From Paramecium tetraurelia (Eukaryota): a stretch of DNA of 64,000 nucleotides. Where the stretch lies: contig CT868492.1 of assembly GCA_000165425.1 (NCBI GenBank), positions 1 through 64,000 of the forward strand. The letters run 5' to 3'. A program made the translations under genes and the position numbers. Position 1 is the stretch's first letter; every line of letters starts with the position of its first letter. Below are positions 39,625 to 53,838 of this stretch, piece after piece. The notes beneath the pieces are model-generated. The model ran no database searches, was not told the origin of the DNA, and worked only from the letters and a program-made list of their open reading frames with translations.

Positions 39625-40273
39625 ATGATAAACTATGTGGATACTTATGAAGATTAAAAACTAGTGTAGTTTGAGGAAGAACTTGAATTATTTGGGTTTT
39701 TGAGTTCGCCAAATACTCTAATTTTGTCGGACCAAGGTTCAAGCTCTTGCGTTGATTAAGGTAGCTAATAATATAAAATATCTCAGATTCGAATTTATCG
39801 ACTCCTTAACAGCAAGGAATTCAAAAGATAAAATTGCCAATCCAAAGAAGACGTCCTCCAAAACGAATTCAATACACTTATCATAAGAAAAAGAAGCGTC
39901 CTGCACCTAAACCCATTATCCATATAAAAGAAAATGGATTGAAGGTGTGCCTCGTTATGGAGAAACCCAAATCCAATGCCCATCCTTTCTCCAACATTGA
40001 AGATAAGAGAATTTTGGAGCTCGTTCTTAAGATAGGACCCAAGTTTTACAAAATATCAAAATCATTTCCAGGCAAGAGTGTCAGCATGGTCAAGAATCGG
40101 TATTACAAATACCTTCGTTATAGATGGGATGAAGTTATGGGAAGGTAATTTGAATTTAAATATCATTTAGTGAGTATAGACACATGAATTCTCTTCCTGA
40201 AGATCAGCCCTGTGAAGGTCAAAATGAATTCAGATTGGATGATATGAGTGATGAACTTGAATCTGAATGTTGA
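39625..40273 (+). CDS. Myb-like DNA-binding protein
   Basis: FSNIEDKRILELVLKIGPKFYKISKSFPGKSVSMVKNRYYKYLR; two 26-nt introns. Confidence 0.85.
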
Positions 40274-40618
40274 GTGCGTTCAAGAAAATCAGTATAGTGA
40301 CTATATATTTTGTTTACATCGAGTTATATAATATATTTTACTTTTATTATAAATTATTCAGTTTTTTCATCCTAAAGGGTAATAAATGTTTTATTAGATT
40401 TATTTTAAATTTATTTAAATTTTTCAACATAATCCATCAGAATTCATTTATATATATAAAAATATAAACATAAACATAATAATAAGTACTTAAAATTTGT
40501 ATTAAAAGAAAATATTATATTCCCATAATCATCATATATAATATATTATATATTAATTGGCATAATTCAAAATCAATTATTTTCTCATTTTCTATTATTT
40601 TTAATATTGAAGTTAACA

Positions 40619-42916
40619 ATGGAATCTATTATTAATACATATATGTATGTTGTTCATAAAATAAAAAATAATATAGGAAGAAAGATGAGCAATAGATTTA
40701 GGAACAACCTTGTCAACCATTGATTAATATTCTACTCTATAATAAGCTTGAGAGAACAGCCAAAACATATGCAGAAGTGATGGCTGTCGAGAAATTACAA
40801 AATAAAATAAAACAACTTTAATAATTCAAACAATTTTTGATTGTTGAAGAACAGCAATAATCCAATCAATTTATAAAAGAATTAGAACAAAAGTACAACA
40901 ATACTGACTAGGAAGTATAGTTTCAAGTAGCAAAATAAGAATATTAGTATATTTAGACTCGTTTGTAGCAAATGCTATCGAATGAAAATTAATAGTTTAT
41001 TCAGTCTGTACGTACTCAATAGGTTATTTTATTTAGTACATGTTATCCAATTAAAATCAGAGAATTGATTGTGATGAATAACTAAAAAACAGTTTTTTAG
41101 AGTATTTGAAGAAATTCTATTTTTCATCTTTGATAAATTTTCATAATTTATAATAAGTAGATGGCAAGAACACTGACTAATAAGGATAATTATTATAATA
41201 AAGTATGAAAGACTATTCTCAAAGATTATCGCAACATCTGTACTTTCTTTTGCTTAAAGAAGAAGATCCCTATTTGAAATAACTATTGAGTTTTATTTTA
41301 ATTACTAGAACCCAAAAAAATTTGGTAATGATAGAAATCTTAAATAATTATATTCAATCATTAATTCCCTCCTAACAATAAAATGTTATTAACGGTCTGA
41401 AACAAATTATAATTATTTTTCCGGAATTACAAGACTTATTTTACATGATTATAAGAGCCCTCATGTAAAGAACCTCCTTGGATGGCAAAGTTGAATTGGA
41501 TGAAAAATAATTTGAAACTATTTTATTAATTTTAGATGTTTCAATTCCTAAGCCCATTTGTTTTGTTTAAGCCTTAAGTGAAGCAAGTTCCAAAATCCTA
41601 AGACAAATATTATTGATTTATAAATGTGATTGTTCCAAAGATTTTTTAATTAGCTAATAAAAAAGATTAGTTTATCTTTTGTAAGTTGAGGTCAATTAGT
41701 AGATTATAAAGGAATTGACTTCAATTCTAGAGCAACTTCGATCGATAAAACTGAAGTTATTAATTGAGAGAATTATTGAATTTCATCAAAAAATGGAGAA
41801 GGATATATCCTTAGAGTATTTGGAATTCGAAGTATTTTTACCCCAAGATTAAGAAGTACTTAGTAAACATACACAATTTGCTAATTAACAAAGGAATTAT
41901 TACTAACAACCATAATAGTAGATCCCATAACAATTTTAAAATTAAAAATTCTAGTAAGCACAACCTCAATAACAATAACAATAACAATAAGTAAGATTTA
42001 TATCAAACAAAATTTCCATTTCAATTATTTATTAATTTCTGAATATCATATCTATGGCTTCTAAATTAGATTCCAAATAAATAGATGCTAAACAATATGA
42101 GTAAAAATTTATTCAATTTTAGTGAGTTGTCATCATTAATTTCTGATGAAGTTGGAAGTTTTGGCACAACATACGACCCCACTCTATTTCCTATTAGATA
42201 GAAAATTAGAGATGCTTTAGTTTATTTATTGCAGCTATAAAAATTAGAGTTGAAGTCATTCGAAAATTTGTGGTATTTATCAGAATAATTAAAACTTTAT
42301 TTGGAAAGAGCAACCAATGACATTCAAATAAACTCACAAAGAAAATAAACATTCCCTTTTTTGAATTCGATTATCTCTACTTATAAAAATCCAATCAAAG
42401 AATCAATTGAGTATACATAACTAAAAACTGAAATACTGAAAGAGCAATACTGGAATGTTAGAGATACTCTTCATATTGAATTTCATAACATGATGAAAAT
42501 AATTGAAAATTATGATGGCACAAATTAATAGAATTTTTTATAAATTGCGAGAATACATTATTAGGTAGAGTTCAAATAATATTTGGAAAAATTGAAAAAT
42601 GTAGGATCTAATCAAGTTAAAAGCGCAGTAAACTTAATAATTTAGACTTAATGAGTTGAATATTCAATAATTGAATTCCATTTATATATCTTAATTGCCT
42701 TAATATTAAAATTATTCTAGAACTTTGCTTTTCATCTTTAGCAAAGGGTTTGCTCTAATTCCAATGACATTCTAAGAGAGTTGGTTGAGTAAAGATAAAT
42801 ATTGACTAGATCAATATAATAGTGAATACAATGAATAAAACTTTTATAATTTATTATCCTAAATCATTAGATTTATTGTAAGAATATATATTTCTAATAT
42901 TTCAATACACTTCTGA
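40619..42916 (+). CDS. Hypothetical coiled-coil/helical protein
   Basis: The code-6 frame can be maintained through tiny introns (40645-76, 41008-36, 42101-22, probably 42601-28 and 42789-809). The 3' end is uncertain (alternative stop at 42654). Confidence 0.55.
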
Positions 42917-43035
42917 TAATCCATAAAGTCTGGTATTCATATTGATGTTTGGGAGGAGATGGCTTACTTCTTAATTCTATAAATTCCCAATTATAGAAAT
43001 ATGTTAATGAAGTATTATAAATAAGTATTTAATAA

Positions 43036-45666
43036 ATGCTTAAGATAAATGTCGAAGTAAATCAACTCAAAACATATCATTCAATTGAAGTGTAAACTAA
43101 TCAAAAGGGCACTAATATTTTGCAATTACTCTTCAACAAATTGGATTTGGATTAGGAGATCAGAAAAAGCATCTAGTGTGTTTTAAAGGTGGAGAATACT
43201 AAAGTGGATCCCAATTTAACAATTAGTGCACTTGAAATTCACACTTATTCATAAGTGTAAGTTGTTTTCTCAAAATTAATCACGATCGAGTGTGACCATT
43301 AACATTTAGGCTTAATAAAATTTGATACAGAAGCGTTCGACTCGATTAATTAGTTTAGAAGCCATTTGATCACAAATTTAGTAAAGATCAAATCATGTGA
43401 GATCTTAGTATTTAATTTATAAAATGGAACTAAATTTGAAAATGAGGCATGGGCTAAATATGGGGTATTTAATAATTTAAAGGTGGGACTCTAAATTACA
43501 AATGTATAGAAATTCAAATTCAACGATACCATTCACCAATTGAAGCTAGACGTCTTCTTACCTGTAGCAAAGATTATTGTTTACTTTAAGAATGAATTTA
43601 AAATTAACGATGACATCATTACTTTTAAGCAAAATGACTTATGGATAACCCCGGATAAAATTTACTATCAATTAAAGCCTGATGGAGAAAACATTTGGTT
43701 TGCAGAGGTTTAAAAAGAGTTTAATTTTAAAATCAACGAGGAGCCCCAAGAGGCAAAGCAGATCAAAATACATAAGGATAAGGGTGTTTTTGATTTAATT
43801 AGAATTGTGAGAGAAATTTTTAAAATAGAGAAAACTATTCCAATAAAATTAGAGTATAAGATGAATAACAATTTTCTTGACATAAACAATTTGCTGAAAC
43901 AAGAATGGATACAAACTTTTAGTCATTTACATCTGACCAGAGATACATCTGACAATAAGATCAACATTATGTTGTTAGATAAAAGCACTCATAAGAAGTA
44001 AATCGAGAGAGTGGATGTAAATTCAACTCTAGCTGATTTAGATAAGTTCATATCACCTAATGAAAACATTTCCTATTATGTGGGTGATGACAAGAAGCCT
44101 AGAACTAGAACATTGAGTCTAAATACATTAGATTTGTAATCTGAGAGCGTAATTCATTACCAAATTACCATCAATCAAGATAATCGATAGCATTCTTTTG
44201 GGTTTGATGTTTAAAAAAATAGTTAATATATAGAATAGTATTCCCAAATACATTAGCCAAGTGAAGAGACACTCAATATTAAATTTACAAATAAAAACAC
44301 AAAGATCTCTGTTGATGTTCCTGTTGACTCTTCTACAACTGTTGGTGAAGCATTACAAAAAATTATTATGAATGAAACTTTTTCAGAACTAAGGTTCTAT
44401 AAAGTTCTCTTTAACAATGAAAAGGTTGAGATGAATACTAAATTTGAGAGTTTAAATATCTCTACGAATTATTTACTATTATACTTCACTGAATTTATAA
44501 AAGTACAAGCCTATGTAGAACAAATTGTCTAAACAATTACTATCGATTAGAACTCTTCAATTAATCAATTAGAATAACAATTTAGAACGGAGTTAAAGAT
44601 TGATAATTCCTTGTATCTTGAGTTGAGTAGTTCTGAAAACAAGAACTAGAAATTGAAGGACTTTTTAATTAAAAATCCAAATTATAAATTTGAGTTTAAG
44701 AAAAAACAAGAAGTCATAGCATAGACAAAACCATAAATAAAGTAACTAGAGTTCTCTGTATTCATAGTTAGTCTTAATACTCAAAAATAAATTATGGTCC
44801 AATAGAATAGTGTCTGCTAGTCTCTTTTTGATAAAATCAAGTATTAATATAATTTGCCGAAAAATCAAGTAATTAAATTGATGGTGGGTGATAAATTGAT
44901 TGATCCAAAGGAAACTATTGTAAATATCAGTAATTTAATAATACAAACTAAAAAGTAATTGACAGCTGAGTTTCTAACCTACTTAGAGTTGGATTTTGAA
45001 AATCTCACAACAAAACACACTTAAAAAGTTTAAGCAAACCTCGAGGATACATTAGAGTAGGTTGCATGTTAAAACAAGATGATTGGGTGGACCTTCACTT
45101 GCCAGTAGAATAAGTTAGATGTGTCGAACTAAATAAAGGATTAACCTATAGAAAACAATTCTAAAATCTAGTATCAAGAGAAATTAATTACTTTTGAAAG
45201 CAGTAGGAGTGGATAGAAGTACGAAGTAAAAGTGCAACCAGAGGATACTCTAAACATATTGATAGATCGACTAGATGTGCAAATCCATAAAATTTATCAT
45301 AGGGATGATGCACTGGAATTGACAACGAAGATTAAAAATATAGATTTGAGTAGTGGGGACAAATTGATATTCGACGATAAAGAAGATCTTAATTAACCAT
45401 CTGGAAACTTTTCTGATGTATACGAAAAGTATAGTGTCAAAGTTTAAGTTGGAGAAAGGGAACTAACTTATCTTAGTCATCCAAATTTGATTATTGGTAT
45501 CTTAAAACAAACAATTTATAATTAAATGATAAAAGATCAAGGAATAGAAATCAGTAAATATTGTTTGATGCAGAATGGTCTAGTTTTGGATGATTAGCAA
45601 ATAATATCTAATCTGTGCAAGAATAATCTAGTCGAATTAGTATTTGCGTTGAATTAAACTTAATGA
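43036..45666 (+). CDS. Protein of tandem divergent ubiquitin-like (beta-grasp) domains
   Basis: 877-codon span starting MLKINVEV; repeated ~75-85-aa units such as LNIKFTNK..VDVPVDSSTTVGEAL..VLFNNEKVEMNTKFESLNI. Confidence 0.65.
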
Positions 45667-45754
45667 GGCTAATGATTATCAATTAATATTATGAATGGTA
45701 TGTTCACATTTTCAAGAGTGAAAGTAATTATAATATTTTTTAATTATAAAATTA

Positions 45755-47168
45755 ATGTTTTAAGGAGAGGATGTTGACTTCCTGGAAGAGATGTATAAAA
45801 TAAAGGAAATCGGAAAGATCGGAGAGGGAAGCTTCGGAAAAGTATATAAGGCAATCGACTTAACCGATAATACAGAGTGTGCTGTCAAGGTTTAGACAGT
45901 TGTGATTATTTAGGTTGTTTCTAAAACACTTTTCAAAGATGCTCAAGTCGAGTCAGATATATATTAGTAGTTAAATCATCCTCATATTGTCTAATGCAAA
46001 AGAGTACTTTAGCATTCTTATGAAGATAACAGAAAATAAGAATTAATTTTTTTTAATTATGGAACTAATGAAAGGAGGAACCTTAGCTTAGCGTATGAAA
46101 CAAGAACATACCGACGAAGAGTTCGCCATTATAATGAAAGGAATTCTCATGGCAGTTCACTATTTGCACGAGAAGAGAATCATTCACAGAGACCTCAAAC
46201 CAGAAAACATCATGTTTGCCTCCACTGACATAAGGACTGTTAAGATTGCTGATTTTGGTTTAAGTTTCAAGTTTGCATCCGAAGGCATGTTCTATAGTTT
46301 GCTCAATAAAAAATGTGGAACCATCATTTACATGGCACCAGAGTAATTTAAAGAGAAATTTGTACTCACTTATAATTAATAGATAGTATAGTAAATAAAT
46401 TGATTCTTGGAGTTGTGGAGTTATTATGTACATGCTCTTGAATTCTGGTTAGCATCCATTTTATAATAAGAATGAAACCAGAGAATAAGTAATCAAGAAA
46501 ATTATGAATCCTGTCTGGCATTTCTCAGATGGCATGAATCCGTTGGCAAAAGATCTCATTTAAAAGCTGACTACAATTGAACCCATTGAAAGGTATAGTG
46601 TTGGATAGGCATTGATTCATCCCTGGATTACTCGTAATTTCCAGGATAAAATACCTTTAACCTATAATGAACAAATCCATTAGTTTATCAAAGATCAATA
46701 AATTAGAAATGTAAATACAGCAATTTATAATTATAGCAATTTAAGTTGCTCTTCTTTTTATAGTATCTAATGAAGAATTGTCCCATTTAGTAACCCTATC
46801 CTGATGATGAGATATTATAAAAGTTGAGTGATAAGAAAAAGCTATAATAACAGTATTAATCCTTGCCAAATCCTCAATCACAAAAGCAAAGGGTTTTGTC
46901 AAATAATCAAAAAATCAAAAATCTGAGATCCACAAGTCCCAAAGATCAGAAATCAAGGTAAAAATCCAAATCAAAGCCAAAGACTTCTTTTGAGAATTTG
47001 AATACCCTTGAAGATTAGAGATATACTATAGCTTCCTTCAAAAAGTGTTTTTAACAAAAAGCCACTGTGAGACCAAAAACAATCGAGGAAGCCTTAAATG
47101 AGAATTCAGCTAAATCCAGATAATTTATTAAACAAAAATTAGAGTTGCCTCCATTAAAAAAAAAATGA
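45755..47168 (+). CDS. CAMK-group Ser/Thr kinase
   Basis: [57 protein letters not shown]. Confidence 0.93.
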
Positions 47169-47288
47169 TTTTCAATTACTCTATCAATCTTTAAAGAATA
47201 TTATTTTTTTTATTTAAATATAATAATATACTTATAAAAAAAGACACTTTTTGAAGTAAGAGCGTATATTCATAATTGTGTAAAAGAA

Positions 47289-50187
47289 TCATTTAAAACC
47301 AGGCAGAACTTTTGGCTTTTACAATATCAGCTACTTACGTTTGTTTAAGTACTTAGTTGACACAAATCCTAATCTTAAATAGAATCTTAAGTATATTGAT
47401 TTATTTTTACCTCTGCAAATGATTACACTCTCTTCCACACTTTTTGTGAAATGCTTACATTCTATTGACAAATCTTTTAAATTCTGTAAATGTGACTGAG
47501 TTATTCTTATTTAATTTTTTAATCAATTCAATAAACTCAGGAACATTTTGAAGATTGTCAAACATAGTTAGCAAAATATTCTCAGTTAATTCTGATGCTA
47601 ACTCATAGCCAGGTGTTCTATTGATGGCTTTTTATATAATTTCATGTTCATGCTACTCAGGAAGATCATGTAAAACTTAATCTGACATCAATTGCTCATC
47701 TTCTTGATTCTATTGAAATTATTGCAGTCTCAAATCATCGTTTGATTTTATTTTAAAAGAAGTGTTTTCTCTTGGAGTCAAACTCTAGAATTAATTAGCA
47801 GTACTTGTATACATTTTACGATGGTTAATCTTCTAATGTTTCTCCTCTTATCTTTCGAAAATTCTCTATTTCAAAGATTGAGATTATTTGGGTTGCTAAT
47901 TATCAAGAGTATGTAATGATAATTAACGACCTAATAATTGAGAATTTTCAGATTCTGATTTGACGCTTTGTAATTTATTTTTTATTAATGCTGAAGAAGG
48001 GGAAGGGGAGGGTAATGGAAATGATCCTGTTATTGTAGAATTTAGATGGTGTTGGGAGATTTAATTTCTAGGAGATTGTATATTAGAATTACTATTTGAT
48101 TGAATAGGAGTAACAATATTGCCTGAAGTGCCTAAAGAATTAAAGTGAAAAGTGCTACTAGTTGTTAATTATTAAGAATTATTTTTATTATATGTACCCA
48201 TGATTCTAATGTTATCTATTTATTCAGTTGTTTATTTGTTAAGTACTCTATCTGTTTAAGTTGAAATGTCAATTTTGTGGAGATAATCAGTTTATTAATA
48301 TTAATCTTTGATATTTTTTGAATTTGCTTATTTTTTAGATTTATCAGTTATAGTTTAAGATGATTATTATTATTATTATTATTGTTGTTATTATTTTATT
48401 GAATTTTATCTATTTAAACTCATATTTTACGATGATTTCATTCTTCCATTTGGTGAATTTGGAGACAATTAATTTGATGAAGAATTCTTAATTTTTAATG
48501 TATCCATTTATCTTTAGTTATAATTGGTATTTGATAAATCTTGCTTTTTCTAAGACCCTCCAACTGAAGACATTATCCTATTACTGGGAACTTACCTTTA
48601 ATATGTAATCTATTCAGCAGGTATGCTAACTTTGATAGTAGGCTTATCTATATTCATCTCAATTTCAAATGAATTTTAAAGTGAATTTCTTTAAGTAGTA
48701 AATTATTTGGATTATTTATCCAGAAATCGAGATGAAATAGGTTCTATCTCCTTAGTAACAGTGCTATTATCAATAGCTTCATTCTATAGTAAATCATTCT
48801 CCTCTATATCCTTAATGAGATCAGCAAGATCATTAATTTGCGACGTAGCTTTCTATTCTAAAATGAATTGCATTTGTGTTAATCGTCTTGTTTAATTATT
48901 GGTATCTAGAGCATTAACCAATTTGACTAATCTCTCCATTTATTGTGTTTTCTTTTAAATGATAAAATTTTCCTTGGGAGTGAGTAGAATTTACTATTTT
49001 GAAGATTATTATTATGATTGATCTCTGCTAGTTGTTCTGGGATGAGCAGTCATACCATTAACTACAATTTCATCATTACTGCTCTATGATATATATCCTC
49101 TATCACTGTTCTTTTTTGCAAGTCGTACATAATTGTCTAATTTCGATTTCATTTCCATTCTATCACTCTCCATCTAATAAAACTATTGCTACAACATTCT
49201 ATACTGAATGTCCTTTTAATCATTTTTTATTTCTAATTCCATTATGTAATGTTCTTTCTTGGCAAGATCTGTTTAAATTTACTCTAATTTATTTTTGAGT
49301 GACAAGATGTCATTAACATACTAAGCACAACGACAATCCTCTTTATGCATCACTTTCTTCTTTATTTTCCCTTTCATTTCATTAATTATCTATTATTGCT
49401 TATCCTTTTCCTCCTATTTATGCTTCATCTTTTAAATCACAGCTATAGCAGTCTGTTACTGAATCTAGTGTATATGCTACTGAAGAAATTGAACAGTGTT
49501 ATCATAGTTTTAAACTCCAAAATTATCTGGATTCACTGACTTTAATACTTACTCCAAGTTTAATCTTCTAAATTGTATATCTGAAATTATTAAATCAACA
49601 TCTCCAGGCTTGCCTTAATATTCTATATCCAATTATTTCTTGCTAGCAATTGCTTCACCCAACATAGCTATTGTATCATTTGTATATTCTAACCATTCTC
49701 TAATTTCTTCTTCATTCTTCAAAAATTAACTCGATGATTTTTAACAATTTTCATAATAATCTATTACAGTACTTGTACCAACATCTTAAAATCCTTTAAG
49801 GTTGCGAGGCTTTTATTCTTTGCATTTATAATCACACCAGGGTATTTAGTGGATGTTCTTAACTTATTCACCATTGCCTAATTAGTCTAAAACTGAAACA
49901 CTTCCCAATTGTAAGGCATTCACAAACTCAGGGATTTTTGTTGCCACAACAACCTGTTGAGGTTCTATGGGCTGAACTTTTAATTGAGAATTCTCGACCA
50001 TTTCTCTAATTATCATAAAGAGCTTGTCCATTACATTCCCAATTTCTAAATTGATTTCTCTTTGAACAATCAAAATACATTCTGAAAATACTTCATAACA
50101 CTCCATCAAGATTTTAGAATTCGGTTGTTTACTCTTCTTCGATAAATGATCGACAATAATTTAAAGTTTTTTTAGTTATTCTTCCAT
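47289..50187 (-). CDS. Large low-complexity coiled-coil protein with C-terminal HxxCGxxCxHL motif
   Basis: Starts MEEQLKKLQ; poly-Gln and Ser/Pro-rich middle; ends HKKCGRECNHLQRFYLRLGF...GFK* after a 25-nt intron. Confidence 0.7.
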
Positions 50188-50202
50188 TTAATAAAATAAG
50201 AA

Positions 50203-50739
50203 ATGAGATTAATAATTCAAAGATGTCTCAGCGGTTCGGTGTCTGTTGGAGATTAATTGGTATCTCAAATTGGAAAAGGCTTAGTGGTCCTTCTAGGAGT
50301 ATTGATGCAATTATATGTCTTCAGATTCATGAGAGAGACACAAAGGAGGTGGCTAAGAAGTTGGCCCACAAATTATCCAAAATACGTTTGTGGGAGAAAG
50401 AGAATAAAGCGTGGAATGGATCATGTGTCGATTTCAATTACGAAATACTAATAGTCTCCTAATTCACTTTATACGCTTATATGAAAGGCAATAAACCAGA
50501 TTTCCATTATGCTATGGATGCAGACAAGGCAAGAGTATGACAATTATTATTAACCCAAAGGACTTGTATGAGTATTTCGTTGACGAGTGTGGGAAGGCCT
50601 ACAAGCCGGAGAAAATAAAGAAAGGCGCATTTTAATAATATATGGCTGTGAACATAGTGAATGATGGACCAGTCACTATTGAGATTGATGAGATGGAAGT
50701 GGAGAAATAGTAGAAACAATAGAAATAATAAATATAATA

Positions 50740-50774
<35 letters not shown>

Positions 50775-50815
50775 CATAAGAAGAGGAAGACAATAAGATT
50801 CAAAAGATTAATTGA
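50203..50815 (+). CDS. DTD1: D-aminoacyl-tRNA deacylase
   Basis: MRLIIQR..SVSV..IGKGLVVLLG, SQFTLY..KGNKPDFH, GAFQQYM..NDGPVT; poly-Gln tail. Confidence 0.95.
50735..50773 (+). repeat. (TAA)n microsatellite encoding poly-Gln in DTD1
   Basis: taataatagtaataataa...taa in frame with DTD1. Confidence 0.85.
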
Positions 50816-50854
50816 ATAAACATATATATATATATATGTATATTAAAAAGGAGT

Positions 50855-51157
50855 TCAATTTCCTGGAGCTTCACTTTCTAAGGATCTCATTATTCTCTAA
50901 TGCAAACTGTTGATTGAACTTAACATATGCTATTCGAATTTTAAGAGGAATAATAAATCCTTAGTCATTTACTATTTGCTGGAGAGTTGTCCTTACATTG
51001 CAAACTGCATTTGCTTCAATTTCTCTTTTTTATCCTTTTTGTCACTTTTAGAGAATGGCATATTTAATTTCTCTGGTCTGGTTAACATTTGAGAAGACTT
51101 GACTTCTTCGACAGGTTCATCCTCATTGAAATCGAATGAAATTTCACTTTCTGACAT
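50855..51157 (-). CDS. Small hypothetical protein (100 aa)
   Basis: MSESEISFDFNEDEP...SLESEAPGN*; 303-nt frame open in code 6. Confidence 0.65.
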
Positions 51158-51330
51158 ATTAATTATAAAGCATCCAATAATTATATTATTATTATTTATA
51201 AAGATGGAACTGTATGGTATTATTTGGTTAAGCAATAATATGAAATTGTCTATCTTAATTATCCTTCTGTGATTAGGATAATAAATTATATCTAAAAGTT
51301 AGCTGTATTTGAAAATTAATTTTATTTATT

Positions 51331-53600
51331 ATGGGAACTTGTTAATAATGCAAGTAGTAGACAACTCCTGAAATTATAAATGTTGTACCCACAATTCCAA
51401 GAGAATCAAAAAGTGCTAACATTCGAAATATCATCCAGTTGATGAATGAATTTGATAATTACATAATTATCAAGACTACCTAATACTCATTTTTATTTGA
51501 TGATGATATCGGTTTGGGCAGGCAGGAAAACACCAAAACGATCACAACACAAGGGACTGTGAAACCAATCAATCTATCCAAGTTACGAGCAGCGAATGAG
51601 GACCTCAAGCAATTGAAGAATTAATCTAACGAATAAGACAAATGCATGATTGACAAGAAAATGGTCTTCCAGAGTGGTCTTGAATTAGGTGATACCTTAC
51701 CTTCAATAAAATTCCAATTGTTATTCAACGATCATGATCAGGTTCTGAATTTGCAAGAGGGCAAATACACTCTAATAAAATCATGGAGTCAAGGAGAACA
51801 AATGGTTAATTTTGAGCATGCCATAGATTTGATTGACTCTCTGAAATAGACTGATTTGCAATTGATAGGGTTGGCAAGAGGCAATATCGAGTAGAAATCA
51901 GTTTATGAAGAGTTGGTGCGATCAAATCACAGATGGGAAAACTTTCAACACATCTATATCTGCACAGAAGGACAGGAGAACCTTGACAATCACATCTTGG
52001 ATATCTACTTCCAAGAAAATACTAATGAAGTAGAGGAAGGGTTTTAGGTTGGTGCCTTGTTGTTTTATGGGACAAAATTAATATGGAAGAGATATAATCA
52101 TGAGTGGGATATATTCTCAGATTCTGAGGAAGTGGCTCAGGAAGTAACAACCCTAATTAATAAAGGTGTGAAAGAATATTCTGGAAAACAGCAAACTAAT
52201 CTTGTTAGCAGCATCACGAAAGAATAATATTGTTAAATCAAGAAATTTGTTTTGGATCAACAAACTCAATAGCCTTTCACAAGGAAAATCAATGTAAGTG
52301 TCACCAAGAGAACATTCTTTGGGAAGAATAACAAAACTATTGTTTATGACAATCCCATTATAGATGTGAATTGTTCACCAAAATCATAACAAATTACTGA
52401 ATCTTTCATTAGACCTCTCGGATCTAAAAGTGTTGTTTGGGATGGGTAATTGCTAAAGAAAGCATTAACATAAAAAATATAATCAAAAAACCTTAATATA
52501 GAAGCAGCATTGGAAAGACAAATCAAAATTTAAATCAATTACGAAAAGAATATTATTTCAATACCCTAATGGGAATCTTCCGCTTTGGTTCCCTATTATA
52601 AATCCACTCTATACATCTCGTAAGTCAAATAATGGATTCATGCCAGAGATGAGGTACTGAGTGAATGCGAGAGCTCTGATGATCCTGTTACTGCCAGAAT
52701 CAACAAGATGATCAAAGACTTTTTTACTCATATCCCCACAGTGGAAAGAATTCAAAATCAGCAGTATGGAAAGATACCCTATGCAGAAAAAAGGAAGCCC
52801 CCCTATGAGGAGATGTCTATCTCTAAGAGCTTGGGCAATGAAGAAATCACCAGAAAACAAGACAAAATTCTATTGATTCTTTTGATTGATTATGAAAATG
52901 ATGACACACTGGAATTATTAAAAAGTCTGATTAAATACAAAAAAGAAAATCAATGTCCTTTACAAATTGCTGTTTTGGGACATATCAGAGCAGAATCTTG
53001 GACTAAACTATTCCAAGCATTCATGGAAAAACATAAATTAAACAATGATGCAGAAGAAGGGGTTATTGAAACTTGGTTCCCAGTTGAAGATAAAATAGGC
53101 TCAATTACCTTTAGTGCTATTCTAAGTAAAATGTACAATCTTGTACTTGAAAAAAGAGATTGCATGCTTGTTGATTTAAAAAATTAGATTCGGGTATTGG
53201 AATCAAGCAGAAGAGTAATTCCTAAAATCCATACCTACATCAATGATTTACAAAACTATTCCTAAAATCCAGAAAGAGAAATCAGGTATTAATTTAGTTT
53301 ATCGCTAGCAATTATCGAAATTAATATTCTTAGTTTAAAAAATGTATTCGAAAAGAACACAATCTTAAGGAAATAACTACTAAAATTAAGTAGTAATGCA
53401 AAGAGGATGACACTTTGATAATGTATGAGTAAAAGAAATCCAAAGTTTGGGATTTTGAGAATGGTAAAATCAGTGAAACCAGGAAATACTCGTAACCTAC
53501 TAAAATTTTGAGGTTACCCCCTAAATCAACTGAATTAGACAACTTGAATTCAATTATAAGCAAGTACATTGAAAGCTAAGATATTTTATAAATGAAATGA
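51331..53600 (+). CDS. N-acylation-motif hypothetical protein, possibly with degenerate thioredoxin-like folds
   Basis: Starts MGTCQQC; LELGDTLPSIKF..GKYTLIKSWS resembles the start of an AhpC/TlpA fold but has no CxxC; intron near 53286. Confidence 0.65.
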
Positions 53601-53838
53601 GTATTTTTTATAAAATATAGTGAACTATAGAATTATCATTAATATATTAGAATTTAATATTAAATAAGATATTCTATTTTATAAAAGAGGTTTAATTTCA
53701 TTTAATTGAAATGGGTAGATATAGGTTATAGTATTATAAATGATATTTCATCGGATTCAAAAGACTAATTCTAAAACGAAGTAAGATATACTACATCAAG
53801 ATATAAAAAATAAATATATATATTAAGTAGTTAATATG

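Noticed and set aside
40437..40536. Minus-strand ATGATGA...CTGA pair
   Set aside because: The intervening sequence is almost pure A/T with no guide; likely chance
40619..45666. One single 5-kb gene
   Set aside because: Stops in the frames examined around 42650-42950, plus a clean ubiquitin-like start at 43036, favour two genes; fusion is not excluded
50507..50803. Poly-Leu 'membrane protein' ORF on the minus strand
   Set aside because: Antisense shadow of the (TAA)n poly-Gln tail of DTD1
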